Shown piece after piece: positions 36,409-46,544 of a DNA stretch of 64,000 nucleotides. The stretch comes from Candidatus Colwellbacteria bacterium. Its GTDB lineage: Bacteria; Patescibacteriota; Minisyncoccia; UBA6257; Colwellbacteraceae. The position numbers and the translations under genes are program-made. The stretch spans positions 1,668 through 65,667 of the forward strand of contig DAIDMW010000001.1 in NCBI GenBank assembly GCA_027448785.1. Direction: 5' to 3'. Positions within the stretch are counted from its first letter, which is position 1; each line of letters opens with the position of its first letter. The notes under the pieces are model-generated. The model was not told the origin of the DNA. It did no database searches and worked only from the letters and a program-made list of their open reading frames with translations.

Positions 36409-38784
36409 TTATAACCGTTCAGTTTTCCATAACAACTTAGTTGACTCGGTAACTTGCATCCATATCAGGCACCAAATCCAAACCAAAATTATAAGGGGCA
36501 GAGGAATCTTTGGCATTAAGAAGCCAAAGTAGGCCATAAGACTGCCGGCAATCTGGCTAAAAGAAGATGCAAAAATCACTGGCTTGCTCGGCAGATATCT
36601 CCACCAGCGCTCGCTGGTGTGAGCGACGTAAATGAGCATCTGGCCGGAAACGATTAGTTTCAGGAAGAAGGCGGTTTGAATCGTTGCCCAACTAAAGTGC
36701 CAAACATTGGCCATGAGGAAGAAAAGAGTCAAGCTGTTGGCTATTCCAGCTACTCCGAAAGAAAGAGATCGTTTTAAGCGCGAGACTGAGTTAATGCGCG
36801 CTGGCCGCATGGCGATCTTAACGCGGTCGTATCCCAAGCTAATGATTGGCAGATCGTTTAGAAGAGCGATAACCAGGATTTGCAAAGGCGTTATTGGATA
36901 GTTGCCGTAGGCGATTCCTAAAACGGCAATAGTCAGTATAAGGCGGAAGCTTTCGGAGATTCTGTAGAGGGAATAGGTGTAAAGGCGGGCGAAGATCTTC
37001 CTTGCCTCGATAATCGCGTCTTTGATTACCGATAGCCCCGGGGTAAGCAAAACCATGTCGGCCGCGCTTTTCAGAGCGTCTACCGCGTTTTGGACGGCAA
37101 TGCCGACATCGGCGGTCTTGATCGCCGGCAGATCGTTTACGCCGTCGCCGGTTACCGCGACCACGTAGGATTTTTTAGCCAGGTTGGCAATGCGGTACTT
37201 GTCTATCGGTAATATCTCGCTGAAAACATTTTTGCCGTTAAGCCAGCCTGGGGAAACGTTGTCCCAATCGATAGTGGCTAACTCATTTCTTGATAAAACT
37301 TGCCCGGAAAATCCCAGTTCGCCGGCCACGCGGGCGCTGATGTCGTAGCTGTCTCCGGTCAACATCTTAATGTCGATGCCGCGCTCTTTCATAAAATCTA
37401 TCACTTCCGCTGTTCCGGGCTGCAACGTGTCGGATAGTAGCATAATGCCAACCAATGACATGTTTTTCTCTTCGGTGTTTTCGCTTACGGCGACGGCCAG
37501 GGTGCGGTAGCCGTTCGATGCCGCCTCTCGCACGTCGCTCTCCATCCTTTTCTTAAGTTCGTCGCTATCTGCGAGCAGAGTCTCGATTATCTGTGAGGCC
37601 CCTACGGAAACAGCGTATTCCTTGTTGTCTTTGTTTATGATCGCCGTCGAACGCTTGCGGTCGGAATCGGCTGGCGTGAAGTCGACGATTTCAAAGTTCT
37701 TGGTTAGGCCTTCCTCGCTTCCTTTGCGCACGATCGCCTGGCTGATGACGCTCTTATCCAACGGGTCCGAGGCGGCGTAAGCGTCGAACAAAACTTCCTT
37801 CTCGGTGTAGTTAGAATAAGGAATAGTCTTAACGATATTGATTTCGTTTTTGCTTAAAGTCCCCGTCTTATCGCTTAATAGCAGGTTGACGTTCGCCAGG
37901 TCTTCAAGGGCCGAAAGACGGCGGACAATAGCGTTCTTTTTAGCCAATTCCAACACTCCTAAAGTGATGATGAGCGTCATCACGGTTGGCAGGCTGACCG
38001 GTATTCCGGCGATGATCAAGCTCAGGCCCAGGCGGATAAGGTCGGTAAGCGGTGCGTTCTTGAATAAGAGGAAGTAGCCGATGACGATTGCGACCGCGAT
38101 CAAGCTCATAGCGGAAAGGAACTTCGAGATGGAGATGATGTCTTTTTCCAACAGGCTGCGCCTGGTCGTGCGGTCCACCAAAGTGATGGTTTTCCCGAAG
38201 TAAGTGTTGCGGCCGGTGGCGGTGACGACGGCCTCTCCGCCGCCGGTAGCCACGAACGAGCCGGAATAAGCGGTGTCGCCCTCTTTCTTGTCTTTGGTCA
38301 GCGATTCCCCGGTCAAAACCGCTTCGTTGATTGTCAGGTTCTTCGCGCTTAAAAGATGGCAGTCGGCAGGCACTAGATCGCCGACGCTTAATCTAATCAG
38401 ATCTCCCGGAACCAAATAACGCGATTCCAGGAGCTTCCACTCCCCGTCGCGCTTTACCCGCACGCTGACCGCCAGCTTTTCCTCTAGCTTAGCGATGGCG
38501 TTATCCGCTTTATTCTCCTCGTAAAACTGGACGCCAAAGTTGACGAATATTAGGAAGAGAATGAAGTAAAAGTCGAAAATCTTCCCGTCAAAATAGGAAA
38601 GGGTGGCTGCGGCGAAAAGCATCAGCGCTATCGGCGTCTTAACCCAAGTCCAAATTTTTTGTAAGAAGCCGCCCTTCTTTTCTTTAATCTCGTTTAATCC
38701 GTATTTTTTGGTCAGCTCTTCTGCTTGGGCAGAGGAGAGACCGGCGTCTATGCTGGCAACAGCCGAGTTTATCTTATTGGTCAT
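36409..38784 (-). CDS. P-type ATPase, most like P3A plasma-membrane H+-ATPases
   Basis: LTGES, GIPVSLP, SDKTGTL, MLTGD, TGDGVNDLPA, YRISES, LLNDLP. Confidence 0.85.
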   Translation of the reverse strand: MTNKINSAVASIDAGLSSAQAEELTKKYGLNEIKEKKGGFLQKIWTWVKTPIALMLFAAATLSYFDGKIFDFYFILFLIFVNFGVQFYEENKADNAIAKLEEKLAVSVRVKRDGEWKLLESRYLVPGDLIRLSVGDLVPADCHLLSAKNLTINEAVLTGESLTKDKKEGDTAYSGSFVATGGGEAVVTATGRNTYFGKTITLVDRTTRRSLLEKDIISISKFLSAMSLIAVAIVIGYFLLFKNAPLTDLIRLGLSLIIAGIPVSLPTVMTLIITLGVLELAKKNAIVRRLSALEDLANVNLLLSDKTGTLSKNEINIVKTIPYSNYTEKEVLFDAYAASDPLDKSVISQAIVRKGSEEGLTKNFEIVDFTPADSDRKRSTAIINKDNKEYAVSVGASQIIETLLADSDELKKRMESDVREAASNGYRTLAVAVSENTEEKNMSLVGIMLLSDTLQPGTAEVIDFMKERGIDIKMLTGDSYDISARVAGELGFSGQVLSRNELATIDWDNVSPGWLNGKNVFSEILPIDKYRIANLAKKSYVVAVTGDGVNDLPAIKTADVGIAVQNAVDALKSAADMVLLTPGLSVIKDAIIEARKIFARLYTYSLYRISESFRLILTIAVLGIAYGNYPITPLQILVIALLNDLPIISLGYDRVKIAMRPARINSVSRLKRSLSFGVAGIANSLTLFFLMANVWHFSWATIQTAFFLKLIVSGQMLIYVAHTSERWWRYLPSKPVIFASSFSQIAGSLMAYFGFLMPKIPLPLIILVWIWCLIWMQVTESTKLLWKTERL

Positions 38785-38853
38785 GCTTTTATGTCTTAAT
38801 TGGTAGAGGTATCTACCAAAAAGTTTAACACACTATTCCAAGTGTATTAACTC

Positions 38854-40104
38854 TTAGAGAGTGAATAGATAGCCGATGGCGGCGGCGAGCATTACAAACA
38901 AAGTGACGTAACCAAGAATGTTGACTACCGGAGTCGTCGTTTGCTCGCCGACAATCTTCTTATTATTAGCCATGCGGATGAGGAGATAGATGATCGGTGG
39001 GGTGATTATGGTGTAAAGAACGGCGGTGTAAATTAGGAGCTCTACCGGATTCAGGTTTAAGAGATTTAAAGCTAATCCGGAAAGCATGGCTAGAACGATG
39101 GTCGCATAGAACCACTTGGCCTCGCGCACGCGCTTGTTTATCCCTTCCGGCCAGTCGAAAATCTCCGCCGCCATATAGCCGATGCTACCAGCCATCGTCG
39201 GGATGGCAATCGCGCCGACGCCGATGATTCCCAGACTGAAGATAAGATAGGCTCCGGGGCCTAGGATGGGCCGCAGCACCAGCGAGGCCTGGTTGAAGTC
39301 GGTAATCTGCGTCAGATGGAAAAAGCGGGGTATCTGCGCTCCGCCGACCAACATGAACCAGGTGCCTATTTCGGAAAAAAGCATGCCGAAAAAGGTATCC
39401 TCTCTTAGATCGCGTATTCTCCTGGAAGTGATGCGGTACTTGTGCCCGGCTTCCTCTTCTTTTTCTTTGCGCTCCTCGACTTCCTCGCTCGACTGCCAGA
39501 AAAAAAGATAGGGGGAGATCGAGGTTCCTAAAATGGCGGCGATAAGCACCAAAGTGCTGGCGCTAAAAGACATAGAAGGGATAACGGTGGCTTTCAAAGT
39601 CGGCAGCCAGGAGACGTGCATGTAAAAAACCGCCAGAATATAGAAGAGAAGAGAAATAGTAAACCATTTCATAACGTCAGCAAATTTTTTGTAAGAAAGA
39701 AAGATCATTCCGGCGATTATCCCCGCCGAGACGATCGGCAACCAGGCAAAACGCGATATATGGAAAAGACTCCCTAGAGTTATGGATATCGCCAGCAGGT
39801 CCGCCCCGATGTTGGTGATAATTACTACAACCGAAATTAAAGCGATGCCGAAGACGATTGGCTTGGCGTAATTCTCCTTAATGAGGCGCATTAAGCCTTT
39901 TCCCGTCTTTAACCCAAGCCGCGCCGAGATCTCTTGGGCGGCATACATCATCGGCAGCATGAAGGGCGCCAACCAGAACGAGGTGGAGCCTAGCATTACT
40001 CCCGATTGAATGTAGGTTAAAACTCCCGACGGATCGTCGTCGGCCACTCCGGTTATCACCCCGGGTCCGATCTTTCCAAATAATCTCCTGATTTCTTTAA
40101 ACAT
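38854..40104 (-). CDS. Nramp-related divalent metal transporter
   Basis: GPGVITGVADDDPSG, ILGTSISPYLFFWQ. Confidence 0.85.
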   Translation of the reverse strand: MFKEIRRLFGKIGPGVITGVADDDPSGVLTYIQSGVMLGSTSFWLAPFMLPMMYAAQEISARLGLKTGKGLMRLIKENYAKPIVFGIALISVVVIITNIGADLLAISITLGSLFHISRFAWLPIVSAGIIAGMIFLSYKKFADVMKWFTISLLFYILAVFYMHVSWLPTLKATVIPSMSFSASTLVLIAAILGTSISPYLFFWQSSEEVEERKEKEEEAGHKYRITSRRIRDLREDTFFGMLFSEIGTWFMLVGGAQIPRFFHLTQITDFNQASLVLRPILGPGAYLIFSLGIIGVGAIAIPTMAGSIGYMAAEIFDWPEGINKRVREAKWFYATIVLAMLSGLALNLLNLNPVELLIYTAVLYTIITPPIIYLLIRMANNKKIVGEQTTTPVVNILGYVTLFVMLAAAIGYLFTL

Positions 40105-40107
40105 GTT

Positions 40108-40683
40108 TTATCGCTTGCGAGGCGCGGCCGGCACTTTGCAGATTGCTGGCTTAGAAATGATGGCGGCGGTCAGATAGACCGAAACCAAAACCAGCATTGT
40201 TCCCAAAACATCGAAGGTGTATCCGCCAAGAGGCAGCTTTTGGACCAAGCTGGATGCTCCGCCGATGCCCAGGAGCGAGGAAAGAAGAACCGAGCCGCAG
40301 GAACCGCATCCAATCCCCAAAAGGCTGACGAACATGCCGATCCCGTTCATTCCCGCCCCGCTCATCGCCGCCACGCGGTTTGAGAAATAGTAAGCCGACA
40401 GAGAAAGGCTGATGCCGATCAGGGTCGCGTTCAGGACCGCGAGTAGCCGGGCTAGCGGAGTGAATCCGGTGAAAAGATACGAGAAAGACGCGACGACCAT
40501 TGCTGCCTTGCCTGCCAGCGAATAGTCGGGCGAGAAGATGACGCTGGAATAAAAAGAGAAGTTGGGAAGCCAGATATAAATCCAAAGTATGAAAATAGCG
40601 GCTGCCGCCGCAGCCGCCAAATAGGCGGGGTGGCGCAATACCGTGACGATTGTTTTAAGAGTCGATCGCAGATTGCGCCACAT
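40108..40683 (-). CDS. Membrane protein with GCGSCG motif
   Basis: About 4-5 hydrophobic helices; LLGIGCGSCGS; C-terminal AICK. Confidence 0.75.
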   Translation of the reverse strand: MWRNLRSTLKTIVTVLRHPAYLAAAAAAAIFILWIYIWLPNFSFYSSVIFSPDYSLAGKAAMVVASFSYLFTGFTPLARLLAVLNATLIGISLSLSAYYFSNRVAAMSGAGMNGIGMFVSLLGIGCGSCGSVLLSSLLGIGGASSLVQKLPLGGYTFDVLGTMLVLVSVYLTAAIISKPAICKVPAAPRKR

Positions 40684-40703
40684 CGCTTTTCAGCCGGTAT
40701 GTT

Positions 40704-41513
40704 TTATTTGCCGGCGGTTTGCAACTGATTGTCGATTGCCTGAGTGAAGACCGAAAGTGGCTGAGCGCCGACGATGAGCTGGGTCCCGATGACAAAGCTC
40801 GGCGTGCTGTCGATGCCCATCGATGCTCCCTCCTGCTTGTCGGCGTCGATCTCGGCCTGGTAGGTCGATTGGTTCTGGGTAATCAGATTTTTGATCTGAC
40901 TAGCGTTCAAGCCGACGTCGCTAACGATGGATAGGAGATTGCTCTCGCTGGCCCATCCTCCGTTCTCCTGGCCCTGATGGTCGAACATATAGGTACGCCA
41001 CTTGAAGTAAGCGCTGGGGTCAGTACTCCAGATGGCGCGGCCGATGAGTCCCGCGGTCTGCGAGTCGGGGCCCAAAAATTGCAGGTCCTTGAAGACAATC
41101 TTCACCTTGCCGGTGTTGACATAATTTTTGATTATCGTCGGCAGAGTCTGCGTTTCGAATTGGTCGCAGAACGGACACTGGAAGTCGGACCAGTAAGCGA
41201 TGGTGACCGGAGCATTCGGAGATCCGATGAACGGTTCGCCGGCGGTCTTTACGCTGTTTATATTAACCTGCTGGGCGGGTTGTCCGGCCGCCTGCTGCTG
41301 CGGCTGCTGTCCGGCCGCTCCGGCCGTTCCCTGGTTTCCTCCGGCCAGCCTAGGACCAAAGATGACCGCCGCGGCGATTACCAAAGCCGCGACGACGATC
41401 GAGACCGGCATCCAAACGCCACTAGGATTTTGCGAGCGGCTCCGCCTCTCGTGCCTCTCCTCGTGCTCGTGATGCTCGTGCCCATCGTGATTGTGGTGTT
41501 CTTGAGTAGACAT
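40704..41513 (-). CDS. Membrane-anchored DsbA-family thiol-disulfide oxidoreductase with His-rich N-terminus
   Basis: GSPNAPVTI, SDFQCPFC, GIDSTPSF, IVGAQP. Confidence 0.9.
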   Translation of the reverse strand: MSTQEHHNHDGHEHHEHEERHERRSRSQNPSGVWMPVSIVVAALVIAAAVIFGPRLAGGNQGTAGAAGQQPQQQAAGQPAQQVNINSVKTAGEPFIGSPNAPVTIAYWSDFQCPFCDQFETQTLPTIIKNYVNTGKVKIVFKDLQFLGPDSQTAGLIGRAIWSTDPSAYFKWRTYMFDHQGQENGGWASESNLLSIVSDVGLNASQIKNLITQNQSTYQAEIDADKQEGASMGIDSTPSFVIGTQLIVGAQPLSVFTQAIDNQLQTAGK

Positions 41514-41702
41514 GTGATTGTTGTTTTAGCTCGACAATGAGTATTTTAATATCCCGCATTAAAAAAAGAAAGAGAAGGAAATTGGATGAGAAAGCCAAGA
41601 ACCGGCAACATTCCGCTCATTAAGCCCGTAAGCGTTCGTTGTTTTTCGCGGTATTTTTTGCTATCATTTTGATGACCCTAGAAGGGTGTTTATTTTGATT
41701 TT

Positions 41703-43646
41703 ATGGCCAAAAAAGAGGAGAAAAAAACTAGTGAAATTGCGGGAAAACCGACCTATACCGCCAAGGATATCTATGTTCTTGAAGGCTTGGAGCCGGTCCG
41801 TAAGCGTCCTGGGATGTACATCGGCTCGACCGGAGTCGACGGCCTACACCACCTCATTTGGGAGGTAGTCGACAACAGCATCGACGAGGCGATGGGGGGC
41901 TACGCTAAGCATATCGTCGTCCGCATGCTTCCCGATAATATCGTAAGTGTCGAAGACGACGGCCGCGGCATTCCTGTTGAGATTCATCCGCAGACCAAGA
42001 AGTCGGCGCTGGAAACGGTGTTGACCACGCTGCACGCCGGCGGAAAGTTCGGCGGCGAATCATATAAAGTTTCCGGCGGTCTGCACGGCGTCGGCGTTTC
42101 CGTGGTCAATGCGCTTTCCACTTGGCTGAAGGTCGAGGTGAAAAGGGATGGGACTATCTATTCGCAAGAGTACAAACGCGGAGTGCCGACGACCAAGGTG
42201 ACGAAAGGCGGCAAGAGCGACCACACCGGGACCACCACCACCTTCGCGCCCGATCCGGAAATTTTTCCCAAGATCGAATTCGACGCCAAGAGAATCTTAG
42301 AAAGGCTGCGCGAGCAGTCCTACCTGACCAAAGGCATCCGCATTACTTTTATCGACGAGCGGCAGTCCGCTTCGCCTTCTTATTACTCCTTCCGTTTCGA
42401 CGGCGGGGTTAAAGCCTTTCTCGATTATTTGAATGAAAACGGCGACAAAGTTATACAAGACGAATCCTTTTACTCCGTTAAAGAGCAGGGCGGCATGCAG
42501 GTGGAGTGCGCGCTTAATTACAACGATGGTATTGAGACCAAGGAGCTGAGTTTTGCCAACAATATCTATACGCCTGAGGGCGGAATGCACTTGACTGGTT
42601 TGCGCTCGGCTTTAACACGCACCCTAAACGATTACGCCCGCGCGAACAACTACCTTAAGGAAAAGGATGAAAATCTGACCGGGGATGACGTCCGCGAAGG
42701 GCTGACCGTGGTCCTTTCCGTAAAGATCCGCGAACCGCAGTTCGAGGGGCAGACCAAGGCTAAGTTGGGTAATACCGAAGCCAGAACGGCGGTAGAGTCG
42801 GCAATCGGGGAAGAGTTTTCCAAGTTTTTAGAGACTCACCCTTCCGACGGGCGGCGCATCATAGAGAAGTGCTTAATCGCCCAGAAAGCGCGTCGCGCGG
42901 CCAAAGCCGCCAAGGAAACAATCCTGCGCAAAGGGGCGCTAGAGGGATTAACCTTGCCCGGCAAGCTGGCTGACTGCCAGTCCCGCAAGGCCGAAGACTC
43001 GGAGTTGTTTATCGTCGAGGGCGATTCAGCCGGCGGTTCGGCTAAGCAGGCGCGCGACCGCAAAACCCAAGCTATCCTGCCGCTGCGCGGAAAGATCCTG
43101 AACGTGGAGAAGTCGCACATCGACAAGATGCTATTGAACAAAGAGATCCGCTCGCTGGTCATCGCTTTAGGCACCGCCATTGCCGACGACTTCGACATAG
43201 AAAAGATCCGCTATCACAAAGTGATCCTTATGACCGATGCCGATGTCGACGGCGCACACATCCGCACTCTGCTCTTAACTCTCTTCTATCGCTACTTTCC
43301 CCAGGTTATCGAAAGCGGCTACCTTTACATCGCCCAGCCGCCGCTCTACCGTATTCAGGTCGGCAAAGAGGTTAGATACGCTTACACCGAGGCGGAGAAA
43401 GATGAGTCGACCAAGGGAGCGAAGACTCAACCCAACATCCAGCGCTACAAAGGTCTGGGAGAGATGAACCCCGACCAGTTGTGGGATACGACCATGGACC
43501 CGGCCGCCCGTTTACTGCAGGTTGTGACTATCGACGACGCCAAAGAGGCGGACCGCCTTTTCGATATCCTAATGGGCGGCGAGGTTGAATCCCGACGCCA
43601 CTTCATTCAGCTCCACGCCGTTTCCGTGAAAAACCTCGATATCTAG
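41703..43646 (+). CDS. gyrB: DNA gyrase subunit B
   Basis: VRKRPGMYIG, EVVDNSIDE, VEGDSAGG, MTDADVDG, RYKGLGEMN. Confidence 0.93.
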   Translation: MAKKEEKKTSEIAGKPTYTAKDIYVLEGLEPVRKRPGMYIGSTGVDGLHHLIWEVVDNSIDEAMGGYAKHIVVRMLPDNIVSVEDDGRGIPVEIHPQTKKSALETVLTTLHAGGKFGGESYKVSGGLHGVGVSVVNALSTWLKVEVKRDGTIYSQEYKRGVPTTKVTKGGKSDHTGTTTTFAPDPEIFPKIEFDAKRILERLREQSYLTKGIRITFIDERQSASPSYYSFRFDGGVKAFLDYLNENGDKVIQDESFYSVKEQGGMQVECALNYNDGIETKELSFANNIYTPEGGMHLTGLRSALTRTLNDYARANNYLKEKDENLTGDDVREGLTVVLSVKIREPQFEGQTKAKLGNTEARTAVESAIGEEFSKFLETHPSDGRRIIEKCLIAQKARRAAKAAKETILRKGALEGLTLPGKLADCQSRKAEDSELFIVEGDSAGGSAKQARDRKTQAILPLRGKILNVEKSHIDKMLLNKEIRSLVIALGTAIADDFDIEKIRYHKVILMTDADVDGAHIRTLLLTLFYRYFPQVIESGYLYIAQPPLYRIQVGKEVRYAYTEAEKDESTKGAKTQPNIQRYKGLGEMNPDQLWDTTMDPAARLLQVVTIDDAKEADRLFDILMGGEVESRRHFIQLHAVSVKNLDI

Positions 43647-43690
43647 CGGCTTTATTCAGGATCGCCGATCGTTTTAGGCCGGCGGCCGGC

Positions 43691-43719
43691 TTGAAAGATT
43701 CGGCTAAAGGTGGTATTGT
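43691..43719 (+). promoter_or_regulatory. Putative sigma70 promoter for secE-nusG-rplK
   Basis: TTGAAA-17 bp-TATTGT with TGn extension. Confidence 0.45.
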
Positions 43720-43730
43720 TTGCCCAGTAA

Positions 43731-43913
43731 ATGCTTACCAGCTTAAGGAATTACTTATTGGAGGCCAGAGAGGAGTTTGGCCGCGTCAAATGGCTGACCC
43801 GGGCGGAGACTATCCGCTTGGTTTTGGTTGTTATCATTATATCGGCGGCAGTCGCCATCTATCTCAGCCTTTTAGACACGCTTTTCCTGACGATTATCAA
43901 AAAAATAATTTAA
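43731..43913 (+). CDS. secE: Preprotein translocase SecE
   Basis: EFGRVKWLTRAE plus a single TM helix; upstream of nusG. Confidence 0.9.
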   Translation: MLTSLRNYLLEAREEFGRVKWLTRAETIRLVLVVIIISAAVAIYLSLLDTLFLTIIKKII

Positions 43914-43917
43914 TCGC

Positions 43918-44478
43918 ATGACTGAATCTACTTTGAAACCGGAAAAAACCGGAACGAGGAGTTGGTATGCTGTGCACACCTATTCTGGCTACGAAGACGC
44001 CGTCGCCCGGTATTTGAAGCAGCGTGTTGAGTCTCTTTCGATGGGCGACAAGATCTTCAACATTGTGGTCCCGATCGAGAAGAAGATAAAGATTAAAGGA
44101 GGCAAGCGCTACGTCGTCGAGGAGAAGATTTACCCGAGCTATGTCCTGGTGGAGATGATGATGGAACCTGATTCGTGGTACGTCGTCCGCAACACGCCGC
44201 GGGTTACCGGTTTCGTCGGACCAGATCCGGCCAATCCCACCCCCCTTTCCTACGAAGAGGTGGAATCGATCAAAGCCCGTATGGGCGAGGCCGAGCCGAA
44301 GATGAAAATTGATTTGCGCCCGGGAGATGTGGTAAAAATCACCGACGGCCCGTTCAAGGATTACGACGGCAAGATCTCGGAGGTTGACGAGGAGAAGGGC
44401 CGCATCAAGGTGATGGTCCCGGTCTTCGGTCGCGACACCGCCGTGGAGCTGGATTCGCTCCAGGTTAAAAAGATTTAA
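43918..44478 (+). CDS. nusG: Transcription factor NusG
   Basis: WYAVHTYSGYE, VRNTPRVTGFVG, KOW GPFKDYDG. Confidence 0.97.
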   Translation: MTESTLKPEKTGTRSWYAVHTYSGYEDAVARYLKQRVESLSMGDKIFNIVVPIEKKIKIKGGKRYVVEEKIYPSYVLVEMMMEPDSWYVVRNTPRVTGFVGPDPANPTPLSYEEVESIKARMGEAEPKMKIDLRPGDVVKITDGPFKDYDGKISEVDEEKGRIKVMVPVFGRDTAVELDSLQVKKI

Positions 44479-44484
44479 AATAAT

Positions 44485-44913
44485 ATGGCTAACAAACCGA
44501 TAAAAACGATAATCAAACTACAGCTCGAGGCCGGAAAAGCCAATCCAGCGCCTCCGGTCGGAACCGCGCTCGGTCCCCAGGGTATAAATATCCAGGACTT
44601 CTGCAAGCAGTTCAACGACGCGACCAAGGATATGGGAACGGACATCGTACCCGCCGAGATCACGATTTATGAGGACCGCAGCTTCGATTTTAAACTGAAG
44701 ACTCCTCCAGCTTCCGACCTGCTGCGCAAAGCGGCTGGCGTCGCCAAGGGGTCGGCGGTGCCCAACAAAAACAAGATAGGCCGGATTACTCCGGAAGACA
44801 TCCGGAAAATCGCCGAGCGCAAGATGGTTGACCTGAACGCCGAGGATATCGAGGCGGCGGAAAAGATCGTCGCTGGAACCGCCCGCTCGATGGGCATCGA
44901 GATTACCAAATAA
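44485..44913 (+). CDS. rplK: 50S ribosomal protein uL11
   Basis: [24 protein letters not shown]. Confidence 0.98.
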   Translation: MANKPIKTIIKLQLEAGKANPAPPVGTALGPQGINIQDFCKQFNDATKDMGTDIVPAEITIYEDRSFDFKLKTPPASDLLRKAAGVAKGSAVPNKNKIGRITPEDIRKIAERKMVDLNAEDIEAAEKIVAGTARSMGIEITK

Positions 44914-44930
44914 GCCTTGATAAGGAGGAT

Positions 44931-44959
44931 AAAAAAGAGCGCTCAGGCGCTCTTTTTTT
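44931..44959 (+). terminator. Intrinsic terminator after rplK
   Basis: AAAAAAGAGCGC-TCAG-GCGCTCTTTTTTT. Confidence 0.85.
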
Positions 44960-45029
44960 GTGTATGACCGTTACGGATAGTGCTAGCTGGCGCAGCTGGC
45001 TTTAATTCGCTAAAATACAAGGCGTATCA

Positions 45030-46463
45030 ATGCTTAAGCCAACTATCGGACTGGAAATACACGCGGAGCTGCGCACGAAGACAAAAATGTTTTGCGGCTG
45101 TCCGAACGATCCCGAGGAGCGTCACCCGAACGTCAATACCTGCCCGGTCTGTCTGGCTCACCCTGGAGTCTTGCCGACCGCTAACGCCGAGGCGATCAAG
45201 GCGGTTTTGAAGCTGGGTTTGGCCGTCGGCGGAGAGCTGCCGACCCGCGCCAAATTCGACCGCAAGAGCTACTTCTACCCCGACCTACCTAAGGGTTATC
45301 AAATCAGTCAGTACGACGAGCCTTTGGTATTGGGCGGCGAGTTGGCTGGTATAAAAATCAGGCGCGTCCACCTGGAGGAGGATACGGCTAGGCTTTCTCA
45401 CGCCGCGGACGGATCGGGCTCGCTCATCGATTTTAATCGTGCCGGCGTTCCTTTGATGGAACTTGTCACCGAGCCGGTAATCCACTCGGCCGAGGCTGCG
45501 CTTAATTTCGCCAGAGAATTACAGCTTCTGCTGCGCTATCTGGGGATCTCCAACGCCGAGATGGAGAACGGAGAGATGCGCATCGAGGCGAACATCTCCA
45601 TGGCTGAAGAGGGCGCCAGCTCTTTCGGAACCAAAGTCGAAGTAAAAAATATCAATTCGTTCAAGGCGGTGGAGGGAGCGGTCGCTTACGAACTAGAGAG
45701 GCAGGCTAAGGCGATCTCCGCGGGAGAAAGAATCGTCCAGGAAACGAGAGGGTGGGATACTGTTGGCAACCGGACCGTCAGTCAGCGCGTCAAAGAAGAA
45801 GCGCACGACTACCGCTATATGCCAGAGCCCGATATTCCGCCTCTGGACTTTGGCGCACCTAACGCGATCGACCTAACTATACTTAAAACCCTTATACCCG
45901 AACTGCCATGGGACAAAAGAAAAAGGTTTATCAACGAGTACAAGTTGGAGCCGGAACAGTCGGAGTTTCTCGCCGCCGATCCTGCTACCGCCGATTTCTT
46001 CGAGGAAGCCGTCTCGGAGTTCGCCGCCGATGGCGCTTCCGGAACGAAAACGCTCTTCAACTATCTTTCCTCTGATCTGCAAGGCCTTTTAAACGACGCC
46101 AACCTCCGCATCGGTGATAAAGATTTTAAAATAACGCCGGAAAAATTTGCCGATCTGGTAAGTCTGGTTGTGAAGCAGGAGATAACCAGCCGTTTGGCGA
46201 AAAACGTTTTATCAGAGATGTTTAAGACGGGCTTGGATGCGCACCAGATTATTTCTCAGATGGGGTTGGAGGAGTTCGGCGGGGGTGATCGTCTGCAGGA
46301 AATAGTCCGCGCGGCGGTGGCGAATAATTCGAAAGCCGTCGATGATTTCAAAAAAGGCAAAGAGAACGCCTTGCAGTTCCTGACTGGCCGGGTGATGGCC
46401 GCGACCAAAGGCAGCGCCAAACCGGAGGAGGTGCGAGCTGCGCTGTTAAAAGAATTGAAATAA
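45030..46463 (+). CDS. gatB: Asp/Glu-tRNA amidotransferase subunit B
   Basis: IGLEIH, FDRKSYFYPDLPKGYQISQ, DFNRAGVPLMELV, VEVKNINS, DYRYMPEPD. Confidence 0.97.
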   Translation: MLKPTIGLEIHAELRTKTKMFCGCPNDPEERHPNVNTCPVCLAHPGVLPTANAEAIKAVLKLGLAVGGELPTRAKFDRKSYFYPDLPKGYQISQYDEPLVLGGELAGIKIRRVHLEEDTARLSHAADGSGSLIDFNRAGVPLMELVTEPVIHSAEAALNFARELQLLLRYLGISNAEMENGEMRIEANISMAEEGASSFGTKVEVKNINSFKAVEGAVAYELERQAKAISAGERIVQETRGWDTVGNRTVSQRVKEEAHDYRYMPEPDIPPLDFGAPNAIDLTILKTLIPELPWDKRKRFINEYKLEPEQSEFLAADPATADFFEEAVSEFAADGASGTKTLFNYLSSDLQGLLNDANLRIGDKDFKITPEKFADLVSLVVKQEITSRLAKNVLSEMFKTGLDAHQIISQMGLEEFGGGDRLQEIVRAAVANNSKAVDDFKKGKENALQFLTGRVMAATKGSAKPEEVRAALLKELK

Positions 46464-46544
46464 ACTACCGCGCTGCAAACGGCCAGGTATTATAAATGAA
46501 AATAAAAACCCCCACTCTAAAAAGAATGGGGGCACTAGCTTGCA

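Noticed and set aside
41703-43646. gyrB lacking an adjacent gyrA as an anomaly
   Set aside because: Separated gyrA and gyrB genes are common; cannot be judged from this window.
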